DNA of 64,000 bases from Octopus sinensis (lineage: Eukaryota). Under the pieces are notes generated by a model. The model saw nothing but the letters and a program-made list of their open reading frames with translations, was not told the DNA's origin and did no database searches. How positions within the stretch are numbered: the stretch's first letter is position 1; each line of letters begins with the position of its first letter. The translations under genes and the position numbers were made by a program. Location of the stretch: contig NC_042997.1 in the NCBI RefSeq assembly GCF_006345805.1, positions 96,534,001-96,598,000 of the forward strand. Direction: 5' to 3'. Shown piece after piece: positions 25,696-37,486 of the stretch.

Positions 25696-25791
25696 CGGTT
25701 TTTTTGACTATTTATTAAAATTTATGTATTGATTAAGTCTTTCCTTGTTTGTTTTGCAAAATAGTGGTTTTGTCTCGAATAATATTTTATA

Positions 25792-26240
<449 letters not shown>

Positions 26241-27739
26241 ATAGTGCAACATTTGTCGTTGCTACATTGTTAACGGACACTTCTATGAACAGCTTTTAAT
26301 ATTATCGAAGAATTACAGCTTCAGTTTCCTAACACTCCGTTGTTAACTTTAGCACATATTTTTTTATGACTGCTGGAATGCAAATGATGTGCAGATGAAA
26401 CGAACTAATACTCTATTATATAATTGTGATATATCTTTTACGATTATTTATTGATTCAAGTACTTTTTGAGCTTGATATTTTATAGGTGCTAACATTATT
26501 TCTCTCACATTATTTGTTTTTGTCTCTGTTTAAAACACTTATTTGACGTACATTAATAAAGCTTCCAGCAGTGGATATGATTTATTTTTGCTCTTTATGT
26601 TGTTTTATTTTTTTTTTTTTCTGTTCGGTGTCAAATCTGATCAGGCAGAACTATGATCAAAGTACTCAAGCTAAGATCCCAATCTAATTTTTAGACTATG
26701 TAATCAGGATTGTATCAGGTAATGTATCTTTTCCAGATTTAATAGTATGACTGAGGAAAAGTTTGTCGGTATTTATGAGAGGTCGTCCGACATCTATGCT
26801 TTTGTCTATGTGTGTGACAGAGAAAGAGAGAGAGACAGAAAGACAGACAGAGTAACAGAGAGTGTAAGAGACTCTGTGTATGTGGGGGAGGGTGAATTTG
26901 GATGCGTCAGGGTATATATTTGAGCAACTTCTGTTAAATATACATTACTTAGTCTGTGTTTGTGTGTATATTTCTACGTGTATGCGTGGTCACCTATGGG
27001 TATACTCTTTGTATGTTTTCATGTTTCGTCCTAATACAAACAAGCTTACTCTTTAGAATCATATTTGTTGCGTTTCCTATCCAATTGATTTCAGTAATAC
27101 TTCTAATCTTTTGCCAGATAGATTCAATCATAAAATTTTGGCAATGTTGTGAGACGCATTGAATTGCTTATTTCAGTCTGGCATTTAATTTATTGATCTA
27201 TATTTGTCGAGTTCTGCATCTTGACACATCGATGGTTTGATACAACGGCACAAATACAGAAACATACTTTGTTATATACGGTTGTGTCTCAGTCCCTTAT
27301 GACACTATGCCAAACGCTCTAAAGATTCTGCAGCTCTGAATCAAGGGGACTCAAGGAAATACTGCAATGAACTATGTCTGCCAGTTTATCGATCCTTTTC
27401 TTATCCCTAACTTATGATATAATATTGATTTCTTTTGTTTGGAAAGAAATAGAATTTTGTGTTGTATATACATTTTCGAAAGCATTTACGGCACACGTGA
27501 CGTGAAATAATTTCACAGGCGAGATTTAACACAGAAATATCTCGGATTTTTGAAAGATTATCAATGTTTTGCAGAATCGATTAATTCTCCGCTATGTATA
27601 TACATGCAGAAATCTATTTTCGCTTGTATTCATACTTAGCTTCATTGTTGCACTCTATGTAGACTTTGTATAGCTGATAACGTTTTCATGATTTCAATCC
27701 AATTTCTGTTTCAATAGTTTTTCTTTTTTTATTTTTAAA

Positions 27740-28135
27740 GCGGCGAGCTGGCAGAAACGTTAACACGCCGGGCGAAATCCTTAGCAGTATTTCGTCTGCC
27801 GCTACGTTCTGAGTTCAAATTCCGCCGAGGTCGACTTTGCCTTTCATCCGTTCGGGGTCGATAAATTAAGTACCAGTTACGCACTGGGGTCGATGTAATC
27901 GACTTAATCCGTTTGTCTGCCCTTGTTTGTCCCCTCTGTGTTTAGCCCCTTCTGGGTAGTAAAAAAATAGGTATTTCGTCTGTCTTTACGTTCTGAATTC
28001 AAGTTCCGCTGATTTCGACCTTCCCTTTCGTCCTTTCCGGGTCGAAAAATTAAGTACCAGTTGCGTACTGGAGTTGATCTAATCGATTGACCCCTCTTGA
28101 AAATTTTTGGGCCTTGTGCCGAGAGTAGTAAAGAA
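27740..28135 (+). mobile_element. SINE family A, long (internally duplicated) form
   Basis: GCGGCGAGCTGGCAGAAACGTTAACACGCCGGGCGAAAT...; same architecture as 565-961. Confidence 0.88.
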
Positions 28136-28158
28136 TTTTTTTTTTTTGGTATTTTCAA

Positions 28159-28372
28159 GGCGGCGAGCTGGCAGAAATGTTAGCTCGCCGGGCGAAATGC
28201 TTAGCGGTATTTCGTCTATCTTTACTTTCTGAATTCAAATTCCGCCGAGGTAGACTTTGCCTTTCATCCTTTCGAGATCGATAAATTAAATACCAGTTGC
28301 CTGCTGAGGTCATTTAATTGACTGGGCCCATCCCCAAAATTTCGAGCCTGGTACCTAAAGTAGAAAAGAATA
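28159..28372 (+). mobile_element. SINE family A, short form, directly behind the previous copy
   Basis: GGCGGCGAGCTGGCAGAAATGTTAGCTCGCCGGGCGAAATGCTTAGCGG...GTAGAAAAGAAT. Confidence 0.88.
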
Positions 28373-29130
28373 TTTTTGTATTTTCATACAATTCCTCAGA
28401 CATCATTTCTGTGTAACTTTATTTCAGTTCTTCGAATTCTTTTAGTTAATTTTTCTTGCCCGTGGGAGTTTGTATATATCATGAAGTCGGAGTCCTTATC
28501 ATTTTGCAATTAACATTATGTTTTTGTTCGCTATATATTTATGTAATAATGTGTAAATGTGGTCTATATATGTGTACAGTATATTATGTGCTTGTGTTTA
28601 TAATTCTCTCTAGTATGAGCAAATATAGGAGGAATTCAAGTGTAACTTAAGGATAATTTAAGGGAATATATATTTGTTTACGTCCGGTTAAGGTTCAGAG
28701 TTTCAAATCGTGATCACATGGTGTATGATTGCACTAATTTTAATGTTTGGTAATGATAAATATCAGAGAAACACTGGGAAGGACAATATAATCGGCAAAT
28801 CCTTTAAGGATGCTGCCTGACTGAAAGCAATAAAATAATATACTCCCATACATACACACATAAACATACACAAGTGAACAAACACAACAGTGAACAAACA
28901 CAACTGGCACACAAGCACAGACACACAATATGTACTGAATAGCAAAGAGTATAAGAGGACACAAGAAAGTAATACCTAACGGCTACATGTGTGAACGAGT
29001 AAAAAATTGGAGATAATCTCTAGAAATTTGAAATGATTTCACAAACTTTTTATTTATATTCTTTTGTTACACTTTATTTCCAGGGACGGTTAGTGTAATG
29101 AATATACATATATATATATATATATATATT

Positions 29131-29790
29131 GGGAGGATTTACAAGAAAACAAAAGACCAAGATAGGTGGTGTAGAAAACAAACAGATGTATTAGCATAAT
29201 GCTCGAGAATTGAAAAAGTCTTTAACGTCTCGAGCCTACGTTCTTCCACAGAAAGGAACACAGAAAGAAACAAGGAGAGAAACAAGGAGAGAAAAAAATG
29301 TGTTTAATGGCTACCGATCTATCATGGCGAATGCCGGACAGAAGGGCCACACAGGAGAGCTAAGAAGTAGGGGAGATAACAAAGTAGAAGTGGTCCCAAA
29401 ACGAAGGTGCCCCTGTGTGTAAGAGAGTACTTATGTGCGTGTAAAAGAGGGCTGGTGATCTTGACGTGTGCGTGTGTGTATGTGTAGGTGTGAAAATGTG
29501 GGGATGGAAATTGGTCAGTGCTGGTGTGTGCGTAGTGGTGCGTTGTGATGTGATGTGTTGTGTGCTATGGTGTAGTGTGGTGTAGTGTGATGGTGTTGGG
29601 AGAGGGGGGCGAGAGTGGGGAAAACACGTGTGGGGTGTGGGTTAGGCTGAGGGTTGAGGAAGAGGTGGGGGTTATGGGTAGGCAGGGGGTGCGGGTAGAT
29701 ATGGGGTATGTGGGTAGACATGTAACGGTTTTTAATGTGGGGTATGTGTGCGCGATAACGGTTTTTAATGCTTCGGTAATTTTTTTTTAA
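29131..29790 (-). mobile_element. PLE 3' terminal fragment, same family as 22900-23551
   Basis: The reverse complement of 29131-29300 aligns with 23380-23551 and ends in (TA)n at ~29105-29129. Confidence 0.7.
29218..29256 (-). ncRNA. decayed hammerhead-like motif of the CUGUNGA family
   Basis: Reverse complement CCTTT-CTGTGGA-A-GAAC-GTAG-GCTC-GAGA-CG-TT-AAAGAC. Confidence 0.45.
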
Positions 29791-29894
29791 ATTGTGATCG
29801 GAGTGAATAACAAATTATAAAAATATATATAAGGATATTATTGTTTACAATAATATCAAGAGGTAAAAAATCATTAAGTAATACTTTTTTACCT

Positions 29895-32030
29895 CGTATT
29901 TTTTTTACCCTTGCTATGCCACCTGATATTATTGTGAACACTCCTCAAAGCCTTCAACTTCAGTAGTAATGACTCGAGAGTCAATACGTACAGGAGAGAG
30001 CAGAGAGGGCTTCCTTGGCGAACGGCTCCGAAAAGTGACCGTTCACCCGTATGACCGAGAAGGTGCTGCTGTACAAAGCAGCGATCCACCCGCGAAAGAC
30101 CGGACCGAAACGGGCTGCTTGAAGAACAGCTGCCAGGCATAGATGGTTGACCCTATCGAAGGATTTAGACTGATCTGAATTGATCAAAGCCCCACACGCG
30201 CCAGCATCGTTACTCACACTCTCTATGATGTAGCGCATGAGGTGGAGGTTATCGTGGATAGACCTGGTCGGCACGGCGCATGTCTGCGCCTTGCCAATCA
30301 CCTTGTCCACGACAAGCGCCAAACTCTTGGCTAGCACCTTGGTCAAAATCTTCAACTGTGCATTGAGAAGACTGATGGGACTAAAGTTCCCTAAATGACC
30401 CTAAAGTTTGGGTCCTTTTTCAGCAGCGCTACCACTCGTCGACTGACAAAAGCAAGAATTATCCTGTTTTGTTGCTAGTTGCTGAAAGCATTCTCCAAGA
30501 GGCCCGCAAACAAGTCTGGTATTGAAGTGTATAGCTCGTAGGGCAGACCATCCAAACCCGGCGATCTACCTCTCGTGCAGCTTTTCATCGCTTCTTGTAA
30601 TTCCAGGCAGATACCGGTCTTTCGCAGCACTCAGCCTCGATGGTCGGGAAAGGAGATGTCTTTTGAGTCTGTTTCGCTATCTTAAAATGTAGTTTTATAT
30701 GTTGTTGTTGTTGGTGGTGGTGGAAATTGGTATTGTTATTAGTGGTGGTGATTGTATGATTATCTTCTTTGGTGTCATTGTTCTTGGTGTTGGTGGTGGT
30801 GCGGAAGATTTAGGCTTTTGCTTCTGCTGAATCTGCTGTTGTGGTTTTTGTAGTTGTTGCTGCTGCGACCCCTTTTTCTTCTCCGCCTCCATTCTTTCCT
30901 TATAAATGGGGCAATCTAATTTTAAATGTTTTTAGCTGCTGCAGAGGTAGCACTTTGCTCTTCGCCCCTCTACAGCAACGTGCAGTCGTGTGCTGTCCGG
31001 CAAATTTATAGAGTCGGGTATGGAATTTATGCTTTGTTGGTCGATCTAAGCGAGGAGCTTCATACCCATACCCGACCAGTTATGGCTGTGCAATTTGTGC
31101 ACTTCCAAAATAGTGGCAGTGTCTTCTAAGTCGTAGAGGACAGCTGCCACTTGCCAGCATATACAAAGATCGGGCGGCACTTGTTTGATTTTTATTTTTA
31201 TTACGCGCCGACCAAGGTATGTCGGCACGAGCAGTAAATCCTCTGTTTTGAGGAGTGTTGTGGACTGTTGTTTGGCTATTTCTTCCGTTGGGAAGCGAAC
31301 TTCTACTGTTCCAAACCGCTTCCCTTGGTGACGAAAGACTTTTGGCCCCATATTGGGCTTCAGTGCTATCTCCAACTGCTGTGGAGATGCACCTATTTGT
31401 GTTTTACATTAAAACTTTTATAAATTATTGTTCTTCTGTTGTTTTCCTGTATTATTTGTTGTGGGGTGTTAAGGAAGACATTGTTTCCAGCCTTCCTTAA
31501 CAACTCCGTTACGGTTTTTATTTCGTCCCTTGTAACATTGATTTCCTCCGAGCTTTGCTTTGCTGCGGATGCGAAACCGTTACAATGGCTTTTGTTGTTG
31601 GTCTTGGTGGCGTTGTTGGTGTCAGTTTCTTTGATAACCATGTTGATATTCTTCTCTTCCTCCTTCTCCGGTGTAGGAGCAATAGTGGTAGTGAGAGCAG
31701 GGAGATGTACATTTGAAAGGAGGTCACAAGAACAGCCTCCATTTACTTCAGTAGTGCTGCCCGAAGGTTGCAATGGCCTGATTAAATCTAGGTTGATTAA
31801 TTCTGGTCCTTATTGCACTGCATTTCCTACTATGAATAATGTTCATACTCCTATCCATCCCGGTAATGTTTATCTTAATTAATTTAGTTCTGTTTTTACG
31901 ATGGTTATTATTATCATTCATCAATATGTTTATACCCACTTCCGCATGTGCTATCATAATTTTCCCGTCGGGAATATTTTGAATTTTCTCAGGAGAGCCA
32001 GCCCGAGCTGAAGCTATATTATAGTATGCT
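29895..32030 (-). mobile_element. Tx1/L1-clade LINE relic: gag-like ORF1 with CCHC knuckle joined directly to a partial RT
   Basis: ORF1: FGTVEVRFPTEEIAK..LVPTYLGRR..VAVEGRRAKCYLCSS*KHLKLDC. RT: GRSPGLDGLPYELY..PISLLNAQLKILTKVLAK..AQTCAVPTRSIHDNLHLMR..DQSKSFDRVNH..VRQGSPLCSLLYVLTLE. Confidence 0.9.
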
Positions 32031-32235
32031 TTATTCTGTCTACATACATTTTTCTTTTGCCGACAGTCTCAATAAACGGCATTAATTGTCGAATTGATAA
32101 TTGCTTTTGGATGGTGTAATTTTCTGCTTATTTGATTTGTGCTATGCATGATATAGTCTCATAAATACTCACACACACTCACATACGCACACGCATACGC
32201 ACGCACGCACATACACAAACACACACACATATATA

Positions 32236-33390
32236 CAGACATAACGGAAGTAAGTTAACTTCCTTATGTTCGTTAAAATTGATTTAAATGTAGTTATACA
32301 TTCAAATTATTTATTATCATAATGTGAATATCTAACATTTAGTAGACATGCCCTTTGCATTTTTAAATGCAAGAGCCCTATTAGGCATACTACCTCAGAT
32401 GACGAATGTTCTCTTGGAGATGGTCTCGCCAATTTTCATGCAGTAATCTCAAAAGATCGGGTTTTCAGGGTGCTTTCTGTTGTTGTTTTATGACGTTTCC
32501 TCTCAATTGTGCCCCATATTTGTTCTCTAAGGTCCATATCTGGTGACTGGCTTGAAAATACAAGCTTTTTAATGCTATTCTCTTCAAGCCAATCTTGGAT
32601 CTTTCTAGCCGTGTGAGGAGTCCCACCTTCCATAAATAAAGCGTATTCTTCAATCATTTTACCACTAGAAAAGATAGGAGTCAGTTCAAATTGTTCCAAC
32701 TTGTTCTCCAGACCATCACAGAGTAGCCACCGTGTTTCATTGGTAGCTGCAATAATTTCACGCTAAATTCTTGATCACAGAGTCTAGAGACCCACACTCG
32801 ACCACTGTCTCGAAAATACAGCAAATCTGGACTCTTCAGAGAATATGACAGTGTCCCAAAATACTAGTGGCTTTCCACCATCTCACTGGCCCATTCTCTT
32901 CTCCGCTTGATATTGACTGGTCGAAAATGTGTCTTTCTCCTTGCTGCTCTGCCATAGTAACCAAGTTAGTGAAGATACCTGGTAGCTGTTCTGGGAAAGA
33001 CATCACCTTGTTCTGCTAGCTCACAGGCCTTGCAACGAGGATTATCCCCCACACTTCTCTTTAAAAAAGTGAAGAGTCCTTTCACAGGGGCCTGGTCGAC
33101 TTTGGCGAGATGAATGTGGATCCCCCCCCCCAGTGGTCAATTGTATAATCTCTCTCTATTAACTGTAGAAAGCGGGATCCCAGGGTTTTCTGCGATTTTA
33201 TACTAAGTTCACTTTCAGATTGACCCACGATACGGCCTCCTTGAAAGTCAAACTTTTCCAGGGCTTCTTTTATACGTGGCATATGTAAACAGTCACATAT
33301 AGAAACTGAAACATAAAAATGTCAATTAATATAAAATATAAACCTTAAAATGATGTTATATGGGGTGTCTGTATGCTCCTGTAATGTCTG
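32236..33390 (-). mobile_element. Tc1-family transposon, near full-length but degenerate
   Basis: MPRIKEALEKFDFQGGRIVGQ..; GYYGRAARRK; FMEGGTPHTARKIQDWLEENSIKKL..SQSPDMDLREQIWG; putative TIRs CAGACATAACGGAAG (32236) versus CAGACATTACAGGAG (reverse complement of 33376-33390), 12/15 match. Confidence 0.8.
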
Positions 33391-34279
33391 TCATGTATGT
33401 ATGTATGTATGTATGTATGCATATATGTATGTATGCATGTGTTTGCAAGCATGTATGTGTATTACGTGCGTGTGCATGTTTATATGTGCGTGTGTGAGTG
33501 ACTGCGTGCATGTGTGAGCGAATGCGTGTGTGTGCGAGTGAATGCGTACGTGTGTGAGTGAATGTGTGCGTCTGTGAATGTATGAGAGCGTGTGTGTGTG
33601 CATGTTCGTGCGCGTGTGTCTGATATTCAGGACTCCGGCTTTTACATTGGACACAAAATTACGACATTCTTCTGGAAGTTTGCCATCCTCTTATAACAAA
33701 AATTAACCGCAGAACACTATACCACACACAACAAAACAAAATTTCTGAGAAAAATAATAGAAGACAATGGTTACATACTCTATAATTTTCCTCGCGGAAG
33801 AAGACATATCATGGATGCCGTGCTCATATGACAAAACATTGACAATATTAATACGCAAGAAACATACGCATCAAAAACTTAACAGAAGACTACTAACCTG
33901 AAATTTTGAGCACTGTCAAACAAATTAACACCTGACCACAAACATGGAAGTCTACCTACCAAAAAACATTGAGGTCTAAAAGTATTCATAAATTTAATCA
34001 GTATATAAAAAATAGCACAGAACATAAGGCACGAGCTCTTCTACACTTCCCCAACCCCTCAACTAATTAATATTCACATAGTCCCACGTATCTTCAGAGT
34101 AAAAACAACTTGGTAGCGTCTATATAACTCCAAAAATACCCGACTGCACAGGTTTCGCAAACACGAGCAAGCCGAAACGTCGAAGTTACAGTCAACGTTT
34201 CCTTGCTAGAGAGGAATAAGCATGTATTCAACTAAAAATGATTGACATAATTCAATCGTTTCTGTCTAATGTTAACTTG

Positions 34280-34680
34280 CATTATTACCCCCCGCTTTGA
34301 AGGGCTTGCGCTCGCAATCCAAGAACAGGAAATATTAGCCAATACCTGATTCACAAGAGACAGAGATACAGGAAAATCAGCAAAATGTGACAACCGTGCA
34401 AACTTTGTGGAATTAACACCGAAGATACCACCCACCTCATTATCACTTGTCCCAAAATGTCACAACAGTTATATCTACTAATGAAACATAATGTTGTAGA
34501 TAGGACACTGTGTAAGGAGATCCGTCGGAAGGATAACTTCCAGGACAAGGAAATAAGAACCCACAGTATGGTGGAAGCAATAACTACACATAATAAAAAG
34601 AGGCGTTGTTGGAATGTCTCAGAAAATCTGAATAAAATGTGAACACACTAGAGCTGACATAATGATTTGGAACAGTAAAA
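34280..34680 (+). mobile_element. non-LTR retrotransposon C-terminal relic (RLE type: CCHC knuckle plus RHN/RPD region)
   Basis: FEGLALAIQEQEI..KLCGINTEDTTHLIITCPKMSQQLYLLMKHNVV..CEHTRADIMIW, with frameshifts. Confidence 0.7.
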
Positions 34681-35405
34681 ATTTGTAAAACGGACCAGAA
34701 TTATATCATTTAAGTATATATGAGCATCTCTAGATATGCAACTATATCAATCGGAGTACATACAAGATACAAAATGTACAAATCTGCATATATGCATACA
34801 AAAATACTCTGATGACATTGTTGAAATGAAGGAGCCTTGGATCAAGTTTAGATTATATACATACATACATACATACATACACAAATGCCCTGATGATATT
34901 CAAATTCCAATCAAGGTTAAAAACGGCTCTTTATTGACAAGTAATTTTTTTATAAAGCTGAAAAATGACATACACACATACATAGTACATACCTACAAAA
35001 GAAATGCATAAAGACAAATAGTTATATAAATGAATTGCAAATAAGGAATCGCTAGAAGCATTAAATATTCATATACCAACTAAGAAAGACTATGTACTTC
35101 ATCATCGTCACTTATGAAACTTTTGTAATAAAATATCTGATGACGTAAATACTGGTAGTACACTATTTCTATAATAATCATGTATTAATAGCTTAATAAT
35201 ACATGTATTCAAATTGATCATACTCATATGCACACAGAGGTATATGATCATGCAAAAATGCACTTAACATATATTTTATGTATCTTATATATTAAAATCT
35301 AATATTGCTTCATAAGATCCTAAAATCTGATTGATCACATTTAACACCCACAGTTATATATGTACATTTATCTATCTCTCTCGTTCTCGTTCTCTCTCTC
35401 CTCTT

Positions 35406-35443
<38 letters not shown>

Positions 35444-36859
35444 GTATATATATATATATATACAATTACATATTGTTGTGTTTGAAGAGAGTTATTCTGT
35501 TTAAATGCCTTTTTAATTAACACCTGTCCATTTTCGGAGCTACTTTCTTTTTGTTTATTTGTCTCTTTGTGCGCATGTGTGCGCGTCAGCATGAATGCGC
35601 ATACACACATATATATGTAGATTTGTATGTCTGTATGTATGCATGCACGTATGTATATGTGTGTGTGTAGGCATACATACATGTTTGTACGTACGTTACG
35701 TAAGGACCATAAACGCTACGTAAACCCTGTTATGGAGCCCCCAAACCGGCCAGTTTGTGGAGCGAATATCTCCAACAATTATTGGCTATCCTACTTCCTC
35801 TCACAGGTATTACGACTACTCATGGAATATTTCCCGGATGTCTGTGTGAGCACAGAGGATCTCCTCAATAGAATCAGTAGTTTCAGCCACTCCAACGATG
35901 GCTGTAGTATATACTACTCCAAGTAGTATGGCTGTAGTTTCACTCTACCGATCTATAGACACAGATTTTGTTGTGGAGACATGCATTGAGGTTATCTTTG
36001 AGTGTAAAGTAGAGTTCCGCGAAGTCAATACGAGGAAACTGGGCCTCCTCCTTAAAATAAGCTATGACTGTAAGTAACTAGACAGACATGACCGTAGTAG
36101 ATTCTGCTCTACTATGTCACAGAGGAAGACCACCCACCATTACTTCGGCAGTGGAGAAAAGAACCACAAACGCTGAAATGACTACACAATGAAAACATGG
36201 TACAAATATCAAGGAATTGTATTCGTAGAGGCCACAGTCCATGGGGAACTAGCCCGTAGATTTAGCAAAGCTCCGAAGGAGACCAACATCAACATCAAGC
36301 TCGCTGGAAAACGAAGAGGTTCCATCAAATCACATTTATGTAGAACATGCCCAATGAGAACTGCATGACATGTAAGATTAACCAAGGCATTATCTGTAGT
36401 ATTAGAAATGTAGTCTACAGCATAAGGTGCATAGAGGTTGCTTGTACAAGAACACCACATACAAGAACACCACATACATTGTTGAGGAATCTAGAAGCAT
36501 TGCTGAGAGATTGAATGGCAATTTGAGATATTATGACGACAAAAGCCAGTCCTCCATACTCTACCAACATGCAAAAGACCAACATGGCGGAACACTGGGC
36601 CGACTTGACATCTGCCTTTTATCCAAGCACTTGAAGTACCGATTAAACTCAGACAATACAGGAGCACGTTCTCGTAAATGAAACATGTCCCGTATTAAAT
36701 AGAAAATACACGTAGAAAGTAATGATACTCCTATACCCATAGTATATACATGCACAAGTAGATTTGTTTGTAGACTGTTATGTTGGCGAATATTTATATA
36801 TATTGATATTTATCGCCAAGCTAACATGGCAATCCAGGAAAATAGGTCGAATGCTGCCT

Positions 36860-37063
36860 GGTGAAGAACTCTTCTCATACCTCGTGTGTGAGTTCCGACG
36901 GTTGTTATATTTGGTCATTCCAAGCATAGAGCCTTGTAAACAGTGTTGGTCGACCAAAAAAAACTCTTGATCGACCAACACTTTTTACAAGGCTCTATTC
37001 TTGGAATGACCGAATATAACAACCGTGGGACTCACACACCTGTTACAAGAAAATTTCTTCGCC
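36860..37063. repeat. long foldback hairpin, ~95-bp arms
   Basis: Inner arms 36899-36953 and 36971-37025 differ at 3 of 55 positions; pairing extends outward through GTGTGTGAG/CTCACACAC and GGTGAAGAA/TTCTTCGCC. Confidence 0.92.
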
Positions 37064-37207
37064 ATTTATATACACCATTCTACTTGAATAATGAACCTGC
37101 AGATACAATATCCTTATGTATCTCACTTCTATATTCATTCTCTTATTTCCCTCTGTATTTCATATCTTCTCTACAATAAATGATACTCAAACATTTTTAT
37201 CGCACCC

Positions 37208-37253
37208 TCTCCGATGAAGGGATATGTAAAATATCCCGGAAACAGCAGTAAGA
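37208..37253 (+). ncRNA. hammerhead ribozyme-like motif, CCGAUGA core variant
   Basis: TCT-CCGATGA-A-GGGATAT-GTAAA-ATATCCC-G-GAAA-C-AGCA-G-TA-AGA. Confidence 0.65.
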
Positions 37254-37319
37254 CCTTTTCTTTATAAATGTTACGAATTCTATTTACTGCCATGGATATT
37301 TTATCTCATTCTGACAATT

Positions 37320-37423
37320 GATATATATGAATATCGTTGTATTTCGGGATGACCATGTTATTTCTTTGCGTATTTATTTATTTTTGTTAAACACATGCAC
37401 TACATTTTGTTTTTCTTCACTCG

Positions 37424-37486
<63 letters not shown>

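Larger units (their letters stand above)
23657..25791. repeat. near-perfect inverted repeat: arms 23657-24330 and 25135-25791, spacer 804 bp
   Basis: Manual comparison found one substitution, one 1-nt homopolymer indel and a (CA)n length difference. Confidence 0.97.
35690..37290 (+). mobile_element. internally deleted Penelope-like element: RT N-terminal motifs, GIY-YIG, terminal region
   Basis: KDHKRYVNPVMEPPNRPVCGAN..WLSYFLSQVL..VSTEDLLNRI; SMAVVSLYRSIDTDF (RT motif A-like); CMTCK..CSIRNVVYSIRC..TYIVEESRSIAERLNG..LYQHAKDQHGG. Confidence 0.8.

Noticed and set aside
34140-34186. CTGCACAGGTTT...AAGCCGAAACGTC hammerhead-like string
   Set aside because: The core CUGANGA is not present and there is no stem I partner
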